Positions 40,068 to 50,408 of a stretch of 64,000 nucleotides of DNA are shown piece after piece. How positions within the stretch are numbered: position 1 is the first letter of the stretch; every line of letters begins with the position of its first letter. The notes under the pieces are model-generated. The model did no database searches, was not told the DNA's origin, and saw nothing but the letters and a program-made list of their open reading frames with translations. The stretch spans positions 1,824,001 to 1,888,000 of the forward strand of contig CAXXLL010000002.1 of the NCBI GenBank assembly GCA_963662545.2, given 5' to 3'. The DNA is from Gammaproteobacteria bacterium (lineage in GTDB: Bacteria; Pseudomonadota; Gammaproteobacteria; Ga0077536). Made by a program: the position numbers and the translations under genes.

Positions 40068-40691
40068 TTACGCCGGTGGCGACACTCTGCCGCTACCGAG
40101 GCCAGCCCGGATCAGCCCGCTGATCCCCCGTGCGCGACGCTCGAACTCTTCGCGCTCGAACAGCCCGATGAACAGCGGCACGTCGAACAAGACGAAAGCA
40201 CTGTATACATCGCGCGCGGTTTCGATGACGTCGTCGACCTCAAATTCGCCGCTCTCTATTCCAGCACTTAATATTTCCGCTATAAGCGCATGATGTATAG
40301 AGATTTTATCGCGAATTAGACTGGGGCGATCACGCGCGATCGTGGCGACCAGTTCGCCGATTTTGGAAGCCGGATCCGCCATTTCGTAGGCGTGCTCAAT
40401 CATCGCAAGTGCGTAGGCAGTGAGCTTATCACCGGGCGACAGGCGCGAGTCGCGTGCCACCGCACGCAGGCGTTCGAGCCGCTCGGTCATACAACGTCCG
40501 GCGCATTCTGCGGCTATTTCCTGCTTGTTCGCGAAATATCGATACAAGTTTGCAGCAGACATGCCCACGTCTTCGGCGATTTCGGCCATGGTCGTCTTGT
40601 GGTAGCCATATTGCAGGAAACGAACCCGCGCAGCGTTCAGGATCTGCTCGCGCGCTAGGTGGGATGCTTCATGGCTGTGATCGTGGGTCAT
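40068..40691 (-). CDS. TetR/AcrR family transcriptional regulator
   Basis: ILNAA...F...GY.KTTMAEIAEDVGMSAANLYRYFANK HTH. Confidence 0.92.
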   Translation of the reverse strand: MTHDHSHEASHLAREQILNAARVRFLQYGYHKTTMAEIAEDVGMSAANLYRYFANKQEIAAECAGRCMTERLERLRAVARDSRLSPGDKLTAYALAMIEHAYEMADPASKIGELVATIARDRPSLIRDKISIHHALIAEILSAGIESGEFEVDDVIETARDVYSAFVLFDVPLFIGLFEREEFERRARGISGLIRAGLGSGRVSPPA

Positions 40692-40721
40692 TGTTGCGTC
40701 GCAATATTAACAGGCTGAATA

Positions 40722-40738
40722 CTAAATTTAAAATTTAG
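40722..40738. promoter_or_regulatory. Palindrome upstream of tetR, candidate operator
   Basis: CTAAATTT-A-AAATTTAG perfect inverted repeat about 30 bp upstream of the tetR start in an AT-rich patch. Confidence 0.5.
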
Positions 40739-40803
40739 ATTTAACCCTGGTCACGAATCGAGTCAGATCCCGCAATATTGCCTCATCGGAACCGCTGCTG
40801 CCT

Positions 40804-42474
40804 TCATTTACGCCGCCGACGCGCCGCGCGCTCGAATTCCGTTCGCAGCCGTTTCGCGATCGCGAACGCGGCCTGCGGCCGACCGGAATCCATCGCTTTA
40901 GCGGCTTTGTCCAACGCTGTTTTCACCCGTTTGCCACGCATGAGGTCGGGCCGGGACTGGAGCAAAGCGATGACCTCGGTCAATTCGCGATGGGCCGCAA
41001 TGGACTGTCGCGCGCGCTCGACAACGGTGTTTTTCGCGCCCTGTTCTATCGCTGCGTCGATCAACGCTTCCGCGGTGCCGTAGTCCCCGGCCACAACCGC
41101 CGTTTCGAATCTTGCTGCAAGATCGCGTTGCGAGCCAACAGGTTCGTCGACTGCGGGGTCCCGCGGGGACGGCAGTACGGGCACCTCCGCAACCGGTGGC
41201 TTGACGCCAGGTGCGGTGCTAGTGACGGCAGACGCTGGCTCCGGTACTTTTTCGACTTCGGACTCCACCGGTTCGTTTACGCTGCCGCTCGCGGATAGGT
41301 CCGGGAGGTCCTCGACGACGGCGGGGATAGTCTGAATTTCGGCGGTCGCGACCGTCGACGGCGGCGTAATGTCATCCGGATCATTTTTCTTTTTGTCTTC
41401 GCCCGCGAGCAAAAGGAAAACGACGGCGACAGCGAGCCATACCCGTTTGCGGCGATACCAGGATTTTTTCCTGGCCGGCGCCGGTGGCTCGGGCTCGTTC
41501 TGTGGCGACAGCCGAACAGTGTCGGCGACGACGGTCTCGACCTCGGCCGGATCCGCGAGCGGCGTTCGAATCTCGGCCACCGGCTGCTCGCCGCGCAGGG
41601 TCGCGCGCCAGGCCGCAATATTTTGCGGGCGCGCATCGCTGTGAAAACTCAAACCGGCATCAATTGCGACCAGCAGATTGGGCGAGTAGTCGCCGGAGGC
41701 CAGCTCGGAGCAACCAACCAGCGGGTCGCCTTCGTTTTCGAGAATGCCGCGGCCGCGATCGACCGCTGCCATCGGCGCAATCCCTGTCACGCAACGATAA
41801 GCAGTCGCCGCAAGCGCATAGATGTCTGTCCAGGGTCCTTGTTGTTTGCCATCCGACTGGTACTGTTCGAACGGCGCGTAGCCGGGTGAGACCAGGGTCG
41901 TCAGGGTCTGGGTGTGTTCGCTCAAGGCCTGTCTAGCCGAGCCAAAATCGATCAGCACGGCATGGCCATCATCACGCAGATAAATATTGGCCGGCTTGAT
42001 GTCGCGGTGAATGAAGCCGGCCTCATGGACCGTTTCAAGACCGTCCATGCAGGTGTCGATCACGGCCCGGACGCGCTCCTCTGGCAGCGTCTTTTTTTCC
42101 TTGAGTTCGGCACCCAAGGTTTGTCCGCGTTCGAAACGCATTACCAGATAGGCAGTGCCATGCGCTTCGAAGACCGACAAAACGCGCACGATTGCCGGAT
42201 GGTCGAAGCGCGCCAGGGTGCGCCCTTCACTGATGAAGCGTTCTAGCCCCCACCGGTAATCGGGCTCGTGGTCGGGCGTCAGCGGCAGCACCTGGTGATC
42301 GGGACCTCGCGTTGCAATCGAACCCGGCAGGTATTCCTTGATCGCAACTGCTTGTTCGAGATTCGTATCGAGCGCGAGGTAGGTGATCCCGAAGCCGCCG
42401 TGACCGAGCACTCGCGAGATCCGGTACCAGAGCAATTGGAAGTCCGCGGGGAGGGCGTTCGGGATCGCACTCAC
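40804..42474 (-). CDS. Hanks-type Ser/Thr protein kinase with TM segment and Pro-rich C-terminal region
   Basis: LGHGGFGITY, VAIKE, HRDIKPANI, DFG, GYAPFEQ, TDIY; TM VWLAVAVVFLLLAG. Confidence 0.92.
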   Translation of the reverse strand: MSAIPNALPADFQLLWYRISRVLGHGGFGITYLALDTNLEQAVAIKEYLPGSIATRGPDHQVLPLTPDHEPDYRWGLERFISEGRTLARFDHPAIVRVLSVFEAHGTAYLVMRFERGQTLGAELKEKKTLPEERVRAVIDTCMDGLETVHEAGFIHRDIKPANIYLRDDGHAVLIDFGSARQALSEHTQTLTTLVSPGYAPFEQYQSDGKQQGPWTDIYALAATAYRCVTGIAPMAAVDRGRGILENEGDPLVGCSELASGDYSPNLLVAIDAGLSFHSDARPQNIAAWRATLRGEQPVAEIRTPLADPAEVETVVADTVRLSPQNEPEPPAPARKKSWYRRKRVWLAVAVVFLLLAGEDKKKNDPDDITPPSTVATAEIQTIPAVVEDLPDLSASGSVNEPVESEVEKVPEPASAVTSTAPGVKPPVAEVPVLPSPRDPAVDEPVGSQRDLAARFETAVVAGDYGTAEALIDAAIEQGAKNTVVERARQSIAAHRELTEVIALLQSRPDLMRGKRVKTALDKAAKAMDSGRPQAAFAIAKRLRTEFERAARRRRK

Positions 42475-42737
42475 GTGCCTGGACCTCCGTTCAAAGCTGG
42501 CATCTGCGGCTGATGTTCGCGATGATTACGCCCTCTCGACGTCGCCATAAGGCGCCCGGCCGTCGCACGGCACCGGGCGGCGAAACACGGGCTCCACCCG
42601 TGTCGCTGAAGTTGAGCGCGGCAATGAACGATCCAGGGGGATCTATCCATCGACCGGGACGGGGATGTAGGGGAACAACGGGTTTCTCATCATTCTAATA
42701 ACGCTCGGATGGGTGTTTCGTTGACCAGGAGAAGGCA

Positions 42738-44390
42738 ATGACGAATTTACTCGAGCGCGGCTCCACCTACGAAGAAGTCTATAACAATTTCAAGTGGAAC
42801 ATTCCGCAACGTTACAACATCGCTGACGACGTTTGCGATCGATGGGCAGATGATACCGACCGCGTTGCGCTGATCTATGAAGATGCCGCCAAGAAGGTAC
42901 ACACCTATAACTTCGCGCAAATCCGTAAGTACGCGAACCAGCTTGCCAATACGCTGTGCTCGTACGGACTCCAGCGCGGCGATCGCGTCACCCTGCTGCT
43001 CGCGCAGGATCCCGAGTGCGCGTTCGCGCACGTCGCGTGCTGGAAAGCCGGCATGGTGTCCGGCCCGACTTCGGTACTGTTCGCCGGCGATGCCATCATC
43101 TATCGGTTGAACGACAGCGGCGCAAAGGTTTTGATTACGGATGCAGCAAACTATCCCAAGGTCGCAGAAGTGCGAGGAGAGTGCCCGAATCTCGAGCGCG
43201 TACTGGTTATAGACGGCGAACCCGAGGGTGCGGAAAATTTCTGGAAGGCGATCGAGGGCGCCGACGAGTCGTTCACGAACGTCGACACAGGCGCGGAAGA
43301 GGTCGCCTGGATCAGTTATACCTCGGGAACGACGGGTATGCCGAAGGGCTCGGTCCAGCCGCACCGGATGATGCTCGGCCACATGCCGAGCCTCGAATTC
43401 ATCTATGATTTTTTTCCGCAGGAAAACGACGCTTTGTGGTCGCCCGCCGACTGGGCGTGGATGGCAGGATTAATGGACGTCCTGATGCCTGGCTGGTTCC
43501 ACGGCTGCAAGGTCGTCGCGACTGCGATGAAAGGTTTCGATGCCGAAGACGCGTACCGCATCATGGCCGAGCACGAAGTGACGCTCGCGCTTTTGACGCC
43601 GACGATGCTGAAACTCATGCGGCAGGTGCCGGCACCCCTGGAGCGCCACGACCTCAAACTGAGGGCGGTGCTGTCGGGCGGCGAGTCAGTGGGTACCAGT
43701 CTGCTTGAATGGGCGGAGAAGGAACTCGGACTCAGCATCAACGAAGGCTTCGGCCAGACCGAATGCAACGTTATCCTCGGCAATAACGGCAAGGTCTTTC
43801 CCGTTAAGCCAGGCTCGCTGGGCAAGCCGACGCCGGGTTCCATCGTCGCTATCGTCGACGACGACGGCAAGGAGGTTCAGCCGGGGACCGAGGGACACAT
43901 CGCTTGCAAGCGACCTCATCCCGTCATGCTTCTCGAATACCTCAACAAACCGGACGCGACGCGCGAGAAATTCATCGATGACTGGTTGATCACGGGAGAC
44001 CTCGGACACATGGACGAGGATGGTTACTTTTGGTTTCACGGGCGTGGCGACGACGTCATTACGAGTTCCGGCTACCGTATTGGTCCGGGTGAGATCGAAG
44101 ACGCTCTCATCAAGCACGACGCCGTCCAGATGGTGGCCGTGATAGGCGTTCCCGATCCCGTGCGCACGGAGATCATCAAGGCCTTTATCATTCCAGTGGC
44201 AGGAGCAAAGGCAGATGACGGCCTGGCGGAAGAACTGCGGGACTTCGTGCGCACGCGGCTCGCCCGGCACGAGGTGCCGAAGCTGATTGAATTCGTCGAC
44301 AGCCTGCCGATGACGACGACGGGCAAGATCATGCGGCGCGAACTCAGGGAACGCGAAAAAACGCGTTTGGCGGCGCAGAGCATGGGCTGA
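42738..44390 (+). CDS. Acyl-CoA synthetase (AMP-forming, medium-chain/acetyl-CoA synthetase-like)
   Basis: YTSGTTGMPKG, FGQTE, TGDLG, GRGDDVI.SSGYRIGP.EIE, LPMTTTGKIMR; AGGAG RBS. Confidence 0.92.
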   Translation: MTNLLERGSTYEEVYNNFKWNIPQRYNIADDVCDRWADDTDRVALIYEDAAKKVHTYNFAQIRKYANQLANTLCSYGLQRGDRVTLLLAQDPECAFAHVACWKAGMVSGPTSVLFAGDAIIYRLNDSGAKVLITDAANYPKVAEVRGECPNLERVLVIDGEPEGAENFWKAIEGADESFTNVDTGAEEVAWISYTSGTTGMPKGSVQPHRMMLGHMPSLEFIYDFFPQENDALWSPADWAWMAGLMDVLMPGWFHGCKVVATAMKGFDAEDAYRIMAEHEVTLALLTPTMLKLMRQVPAPLERHDLKLRAVLSGGESVGTSLLEWAEKELGLSINEGFGQTECNVILGNNGKVFPVKPGSLGKPTPGSIVAIVDDDGKEVQPGTEGHIACKRPHPVMLLEYLNKPDATREKFIDDWLITGDLGHMDEDGYFWFHGRGDDVITSSGYRIGPGEIEDALIKHDAVQMVAVIGVPDPVRTEIIKAFIIPVAGAKADDGLAEELRDFVRTRLARHEVPKLIEFVDSLPMTTTGKIMRRELREREKTRLAAQSMG

Positions 44391-44411
44391 ACCGCGGTCC
44401 GACGGCCTTTG

Positions 44412-44630
44412 ATGCGCTATCGAATTAGGCCCTCCGGCACCGACATTCCGGCCCAGAACAGCATTGACTTCGTCACTTCGACGGTGTGGCTCACCCTTTT
44501 CGTCGGGATTGCATTGGTCGTGATGGGTTTTCACGGCCGTCAGCGTTGGCTGCAGTTCTGGGGCGGCCTGACCTGTCTGTGCTGCGCCGCTTATTTCCTG
44601 CGCGAGGTGTTCGGCTGGTTGCGAGTTTAG
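44412..44630 (+). CDS. Small two-TM membrane protein
   Basis: Two hydrophobic stretches flanking GRQRWL; follows acyl-CoA synthetase. Confidence 0.5.
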   Translation: MRYRIRPSGTDIPAQNSIDFVTSTVWLTLFVGIALVVMGFHGRQRWLQFWGGLTCLCCAAYFLREVFGWLRV

Positions 44631-44688
44631 CGGTGAGGTCCGGGATTTAAATTTTACCTTTCACCATCTCGCGGTCGGGCGGCGACGC

Positions 44689-46481
44689 TTACTCGACGGC
44701 AAAAGCCCGGGCGAACACCGTCGGCTGGCCCTTGTACGCGCCCACGCGCGCTTCGGCGAACTGTTCGAAACCCGCGGCATGGCCGCCGTCCGATCCGAAC
44801 AAGAGGGCCCCTCGCAACCCTTTGTTGCGCTGCAGCCTTTCCTCGTGCGAGCTCGCCGCGAGGATATTGTCGGCGCGCCGCACATAAACGTAGCGTACCC
44901 AAGGGTAATCCCGTTTGAGTTCCGAGGGACTCAAAGCGAGCATCGTCTCGACCAGATCGATCTTAGCCAGGTGTTGTTCGGTCATGATGAAGTTATTGGC
45001 GATGATCGAGCAATCCGTATGGAAACGCAGGTAATGCCCGTCGTTGAAATCCGCGAGAACAACGCCCGGCTCGCGCTCGCATCGTTTCCCGAGTTCAAGA
45101 AACATCGGTCGTTGCAACAAGTATTCGAGATGTCCGCCAAGCGCTGGACTGTCGCCGAGATGATAAAGCCCGGGCCACATCGCGAGCGCCAGTGCCGCGA
45201 TCGAAAGAACCGACACCGCTATCCGGCGCGCCGGCGCTAACTGAAGTCGTAGGTGATCCGCACTGATGATCAGGGGCAGGTACAGCGCGAAGCTGCCGAA
45301 ATAGTGCAGCCGTTCCTGGGCAAGTAATAGCGCAAGCCACCGCAGGCGCCGAGGTCGAAGACGACCCGCGCCGGATCGCGCCCGCGCACGACGCCGTACA
45401 GACAACAGGCAAAAGTCACTGGCATTACAAGAAAAAAGCCCGAATACGCGGTGAGAAGCGCGCCCAACCCGCCGCTGAAAACCGATTTCAGCGGGCTCCG
45501 CACTTCGTTTATGGGGGCGAGATGGGCGAGGTTCGCCCCGACGAAATCGAACCCTTGCCTGACCTGCGCGATGTTCAACAGTAGCAAAGCGGCAATGGAC
45601 AGCAGCCACAGGGCATGGCGTGAGGGCAAGGCCCGCGTCGCGAGCAATACCGTCAGGGCGGTGAAGCTTGCAGCCGCGAGGTGAAACCAGGACAGGAGAT
45701 AGAAAGCGTAGCTGCCGGCGCGAAAGGGTTGGGACGGAATCAAGACCATCACGGTCGCAGCGAGCAATGCGATCGCGAAATGTCTCGAGGTGGTCGAGGG
45801 GACGGGTAGCTTGCGGAATGCCAGGATGGCCAGTCCGGCGATCAGGGGTGCCTGCAGTACGAACAGGCCGTTATGAAATGCGGGCGCCACGCCCAGCACG
45901 ATGCCCGTCGCGAGCGCTGCGGCGCGCGAGGTCTGGTTCTGCATCCATGTGATCGCCGTGATCAGAAATCCGAGGACGAAAGCGAATTCGACGAAATGGT
46001 GGTCGATACGCCCGACGGCATGCAGTGCCTGGGTAAGCGGGGACAGGGCGAAGCACGCGCCGCCCAGTATGGCGGCAAAATGTGAAGCGCCCAGCGCACG
46101 AACCAGTCCCAGCCATAAGGCGGCGGTCAGCAAGGTGGTATAGACGGGAATCAACACGAGCACCTGCATTGGATCGCGCGCGGGCGATAGCCCGTGGAAA
46201 GCGGCCACGATCCTTGCGCACAGCCAGTCGTACGCCCATGGCCAGGTCAACATGCTGCCTTCCGGCATGTGTATGCGAACGTCGAACTGGTAGAACCCGG
46301 TAGCGCCGATGGCGGCGTCCAGAATACGGCGCGCGTGGTAGAAGGCGTCGGGACCGACAGGAACGAAACTACCGTCCACCGACGAGGCCGGCATCCAGTT
46401 GAGGCCCGCTACCACTGCCGCCGTCCCGGTCAACAGCCAGATGAAAAACGATACGGTAAATCGCCGGTCGTCGAGCGTCAT
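44689..46481 (-). pseudogene. STT3/AglB-like (GT-C) oligosaccharyltransferase homologue, frameshifted near 45335-45345
   Basis: GPDAFYHARR, WPW.YD, GRIDHHFVE, PINEVRSP and many TMs in 45270-46481; frame switches to LALLLAQERLHY and VLADFNDGHYLRFHTDCSIIANNF in the 44689-45609 frame. Confidence 0.7.
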
Positions 46482-46547
46482 TTCACGGCGCCCTCGGGCA
46501 TATCGTGCCGTGGGTGACTGGGTGCGGCGGTCAGGTATGCCCGCCGG

Positions 46548-47312
46548 TTACGGTACCGTGAAGCCACCGTCGACGGGCATGGCGATACCGGTCACGAACG
46601 AAGATCGATCGGAGAGCAGCCAAACGACGGCTTCACCTATTTCCTGAGGCTCACCGATCCGTCCGATGGGCTGTTGATCGAGCAGGCTTTCCCGGGTGAT
46701 CCCCGTTTCCGCGATCATGCGTTCGACCATCGGCGTCTGGATGACGCCGGGGCAAACGGCGTTAACGCGGATGCGCTTACGCGCGTATTCGAGCGCCGCG
46801 CACTTGGTCAAGCCCACCACGCCGTGCTTGGCCGCGCAATAGGCGGAGCCGCCGCGCGTGCCGACCAAGCCTGCGACGGACGCGGTGCTGACGATGGCAC
46901 CGCCATTTTCCTGCAGGAGAAATCGTTCGATTTCATACTTCACACAAAGCCATACGGATTTCAAATCGATGTTGATGGTGCGATCGAACTCCCGCTCGGA
47001 CATCTTGACGATGCTCGTGAACTGTCCTTCTATGCCGGCGTTGTTGAATGCTCCGTCGAGACGGCCGTAAGCCTCGATCGTGGAAGCGATCATGCGCTTG
47101 ACTTGATCGGTTTCGGCGACATTGGTCTCGACGAACAGCGCGCGCCCGCCGTTCGCGTTGATTTCCTCGGCGACCGCCCGACCCGCTTCGACGTTGATGT
47201 CGGCGATGGTCAACGCCGCCCCTTCCTCGGCGCAGCGCAGCGCGCTGGCGCGACCGATGCCGGTGCTGCCGCCGGTCACGAGAATGACTTTGTCTTCGAG
47301 TAGAGCAGGCAT
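46548..47312 (-). CDS. SDR family oxidoreductase
   Basis: TGGSTGIG, NNAGI, YCAAK, RVNAVCPG, VDGG. Confidence 0.92.
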   Translation of the reverse strand: MPALLEDKVILVTGGSTGIGRASALRCAEEGAALTIADINVEAGRAVAEEINANGGRALFVETNVAETDQVKRMIASTIEAYGRLDGAFNNAGIEGQFTSIVKMSEREFDRTINIDLKSVWLCVKYEIERFLLQENGGAIVSTASVAGLVGTRGGSAYCAAKHGVVGLTKCAALEYARKRIRVNAVCPGVIQTPMVERMIAETGITRESLLDQQPIGRIGEPQEIGEAVVWLLSDRSSFVTGIAMPVDGGFTVP

Positions 47313-47313
47313 A

Positions 47314-48882
47314 TCAGGTTCCGTATACCCGTTCGAGATGTTCATCGGAGGGCGGCGTCGTCATCAGGGAGACAACGACCATGGCCGTGACCGAAGCCGC
47401 CGCTCCCAAGGTAGCGCATGCAAAGGGATTGACTGCTTGTGATTCGAGCCATGCAACAACGGGTTCGAGACCGCCGCCAGCGAACCACGAGGCCTTGAGC
47501 GAACCGGTTTTGAGAAGCGGGAAAACCGCGCCGCCCACGACAAATCCTGCGATGCTGCCGACTTTCGTCGCACGGCGCCACAATACACCCAGGAACATAG
47601 GTCCGCAGGTCGCCGCCATCATGCCGCCTATGCCGAGCCAGACAAGGAGCGCGATGTTCTCATTGCGCTGATTCCACGCGATGGCGATGGCACATACCAA
47701 GATGATCACGGTCGCGACGCGGCTGATCAAGAGCGTCATGCGATCCACATCGCGGGGATCGCGATTGGCCATCCAGCGCGGCGCGAGCGTTCGACGGAAT
47801 ATGTCATTGGCGAATATCTGCGCGGTCGATACGACCAGCCCGTCCGCCGTCGACATCACGGCGGCGAGGACGCCGGCCCCGATCATGGCGGCCGCCCAGC
47901 TCGGTAGCGTGGCGATGAAAAGCTCCGGAATCGCATGGTTCGGATTACTGCCCTCGGCCATCAAGGCATCACCGAACATCGCGCGCGCCAGGATGCCGCC
48001 GCAGGTGATCGCCGGCAGCAACATGCCGAAGGCGAAGGCGAAGGAGATGAATTTCAGCTGGTCGCGATTGTTCTTGAGCGCCCACAATTTATTGCCGATG
48101 TGGGGCAGCAATCCCAGCGGGAGATGGGAGCAGAAGATCGCGAAAATATCCCACCAGGAATCAAACAGCGGATGGGTCGGATGCAAGGTCATGACCAGGC
48201 CGGGATCCAGTTCCTCCAGTCGGGTGAGCATGCCGCCGAAACCGCCTTCCATGCCGAAACCGGTGAGAAACATCCACAAAACGAGGGCGGCTAGGGCGAG
48301 CATCAGGGCACCTTGCACCCCATCGGTCAGGATGTCGGCGTGCGCACCGCCGAGCGCGATGTAGATCATCAGGACGAGCGCTGTTACGACCAGCGCGGTA
48401 AAGGTGTCGAGCCCCAACATCTGGGTGAACATGACGGCGCCCGCCAGTAACTGGCCGGCGAGGTAGAACAAGAGCAGCATCGAGAACAGCGCGACCAGGA
48501 TGCGCAGGGCATCGGAGTCGAATCGATCGCCCAGGTATTCCGGCATCGAGCGGCTGCCGAAGCTGGCACCCGCCCGGCGGATGGCGTGCAGGCAGATCAG
48601 CACGCCGGAATAAACGCCGAGAGGATAGACGAAGGCGTACCACAGGGTGGACAGGCCGCCTTTGTAAGCCAGGCCCGGAAGACCGAGGAATGTAGCGCCG
48701 CTCGCCGTCGTGGCGGTCAAGGCGAAAGCCAGGAACAAGGGGCCATAGCTGCCGCGTGCCGTGGCGAAATCATCGCTGTCATGGACGCGTCCCATGCCCA
48801 CGAAGCCAAATACGACCATCACCGCGACGTAAAACGCGAGAAACGTCCAACCCCAAAATAACAGGGGTTCAAATCCGAACAT
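47314..48882 (-). CDS. Sodium:solute symporter family protein
   Basis: Multi-TM; AT..SGATFLG.PG..Y, YLGDRFDS, TD.VQG, AAVMSTAD. Confidence 0.9.
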   Translation of the reverse strand: MFGFEPLLFWGWTFLAFYVAVMVVFGFVGMGRVHDSDDFATARGSYGPLFLAFALTATTASGATFLGLPGLAYKGGLSTLWYAFVYPLGVYSGVLICLHAIRRAGASFGSRSMPEYLGDRFDSDALRILVALFSMLLLFYLAGQLLAGAVMFTQMLGLDTFTALVVTALVLMIYIALGGAHADILTDGVQGALMLALAALVLWMFLTGFGMEGGFGGMLTRLEELDPGLVMTLHPTHPLFDSWWDIFAIFCSHLPLGLLPHIGNKLWALKNNRDQLKFISFAFAFGMLLPAITCGGILARAMFGDALMAEGSNPNHAIPELFIATLPSWAAAMIGAGVLAAVMSTADGLVVSTAQIFANDIFRRTLAPRWMANRDPRDVDRMTLLISRVATVIILVCAIAIAWNQRNENIALLVWLGIGGMMAATCGPMFLGVLWRRATKVGSIAGFVVGGAVFPLLKTGSLKASWFAGGGLEPVVAWLESQAVNPFACATLGAAASVTAMVVVSLMTTPPSDEHLERVYGT

Positions 48883-49136
48883 GTCTGGTGCTCTCCCCAA
48901 GTGCCAGCGGGTTTCCAACCGGCTCAGAATCGCGGTGAAATCCCCGGTGCGGTTTCCCTTAAACGTTTCGGACGGCTCGCTACCGCTTGCTTACGGCGTG
49001 CGGCGCCGGGTACCGCGACCGCGCAGGTTTATAACATCTGCTCGCGTGCAGTGCTACCAGGCGTTCGCTGGAGGCCTGGTCGGATAGTGAAAAACGATGT
49101 CCTGCCGTTAAGGGTACACTGTCGTGCACAGGCGCA

Positions 49137-50408
49137 ATGGACGCCCGTCCGATCCCCGAAGAGATGAAAGTGGTCACACCCGGCGAGGCAGTCGCCGCCA
49201 TCCCCGACGGCAAGCTCGTCGTGTTTCCCGGCGGCTGTGCCGATCCGAGCATGTTCTATGATGCCTTTAGCGCGGATGTCGATCGCTTCAGCGATCTCAC
49301 CGTCTGTTCGGGCATGTCCTGGGGCGATTACCGCTTCCTCGAACGCGGTCTGGGTGATCACTTCCATTATCTTACGTGGCAAGCGTCACCCAAGATCCGG
49401 CACCTGTTTACTGAAAACGATCGCCGCAAGGTGAGCTTCGTTCCGATCAGGCTGAGCGATCTGACACGCGTGGTCTCGCGCAATGGACCCATCAGACCCG
49501 AGGTCGTCGTGGTACAGACGACCATGCCGCAGGACGATGCGACCGTAAGCCTCGGCATCTCGGTCGGGCCCAACCAGGATTTCATCGAAAGCGCAAATTT
49601 CGTCATCGCTGAAATGAACAGCAATATGCCGGTAACGGCGGGTGACAGTCGCGTGGCCATAGCGAATATCGATCTCGCCATTGAATCGTCCCGCCCCCTG
49701 GCGACCTACGACACCGGCGCGCCCGAACCGCGCGACGAGTGCATCGTCGAGCACGTGCTGAGTCTCATCCCCGATGCCGCCTGGGTGCAGTTCGGCGTCG
49801 GCGCCGTACCCGACCGTGTGCTGGGACGACTGGCCGAAATATACGGCGCGAATCTCTACTCGGGCATGCTATCGCAAGGGCTGATCCGGTATCTGGAAAA
49901 TGCCAAGCACAAACCCAAGGTGATCAACGGTGAAATTGCCGGAAACGCCTCCCTATATGCATTTTGTGACGGCAACGACACTGTCGAAATGCACCGAACA
50001 TCCGTCACCCACGACCCGCTCAAGCTCGCAGCACTGCCGCACTTCGTTTCAATCAATTCGACGGTCGAAATCGATCTACAGGGCCAGAGCAACGGCGAGA
50101 CCCTCGGCCCGGTGCAGATCAGCGGCGTTGGCGGTAGCCTCGATTACATCGAAGCGGCGGCATTGTCCGACGGCGGCGTATCCATCATCGCACTGCCGTC
50201 GACCACGGCCGGCGACAAGCGGTCCAAGATCGTCGTCTCGCTTACACCCGGCAGCGTGGTGACGACACCCCGGTATTGCATTGATTACGTCATTACCGAA
50301 TACGGTATCGCGCGCCTGCGCGGCAAAAGTCTATGGCAAAGAGCCGAAGCACTGATCGAAATCGCGCACCCCGATTTTCGCGATGAATTAGCAGCCTGTC
50401 GGACTTAG
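49137..50408 (+). CDS. Acetyl-CoA hydrolase/4-hydroxybutyrate CoA-transferase family protein
   Basis: VQFGVGAVP, SINS.VEIDL.GQ, SGVGG.LD, VITEYGIA.LRGK, LIEIAHPDFR; last codons derive from a MITE. Confidence 0.88.
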   Translation: MDARPIPEEMKVVTPGEAVAAIPDGKLVVFPGGCADPSMFYDAFSADVDRFSDLTVCSGMSWGDYRFLERGLGDHFHYLTWQASPKIRHLFTENDRRKVSFVPIRLSDLTRVVSRNGPIRPEVVVVQTTMPQDDATVSLGISVGPNQDFIESANFVIAEMNSNMPVTAGDSRVAIANIDLAIESSRPLATYDTGAPEPRDECIVEHVLSLIPDAAWVQFGVGAVPDRVLGRLAEIYGANLYSGMLSQGLIRYLENAKHKPKVINGEIAGNASLYAFCDGNDTVEMHRTSVTHDPLKLAALPHFVSINSTVEIDLQGQSNGETLGPVQISGVGGSLDYIEAAALSDGGVSIIALPSTTAGDKRSKIVVSLTPGSVVTTPRYCIDYVITEYGIARLRGKSLWQRAEALIEIAHPDFRDELAACRT

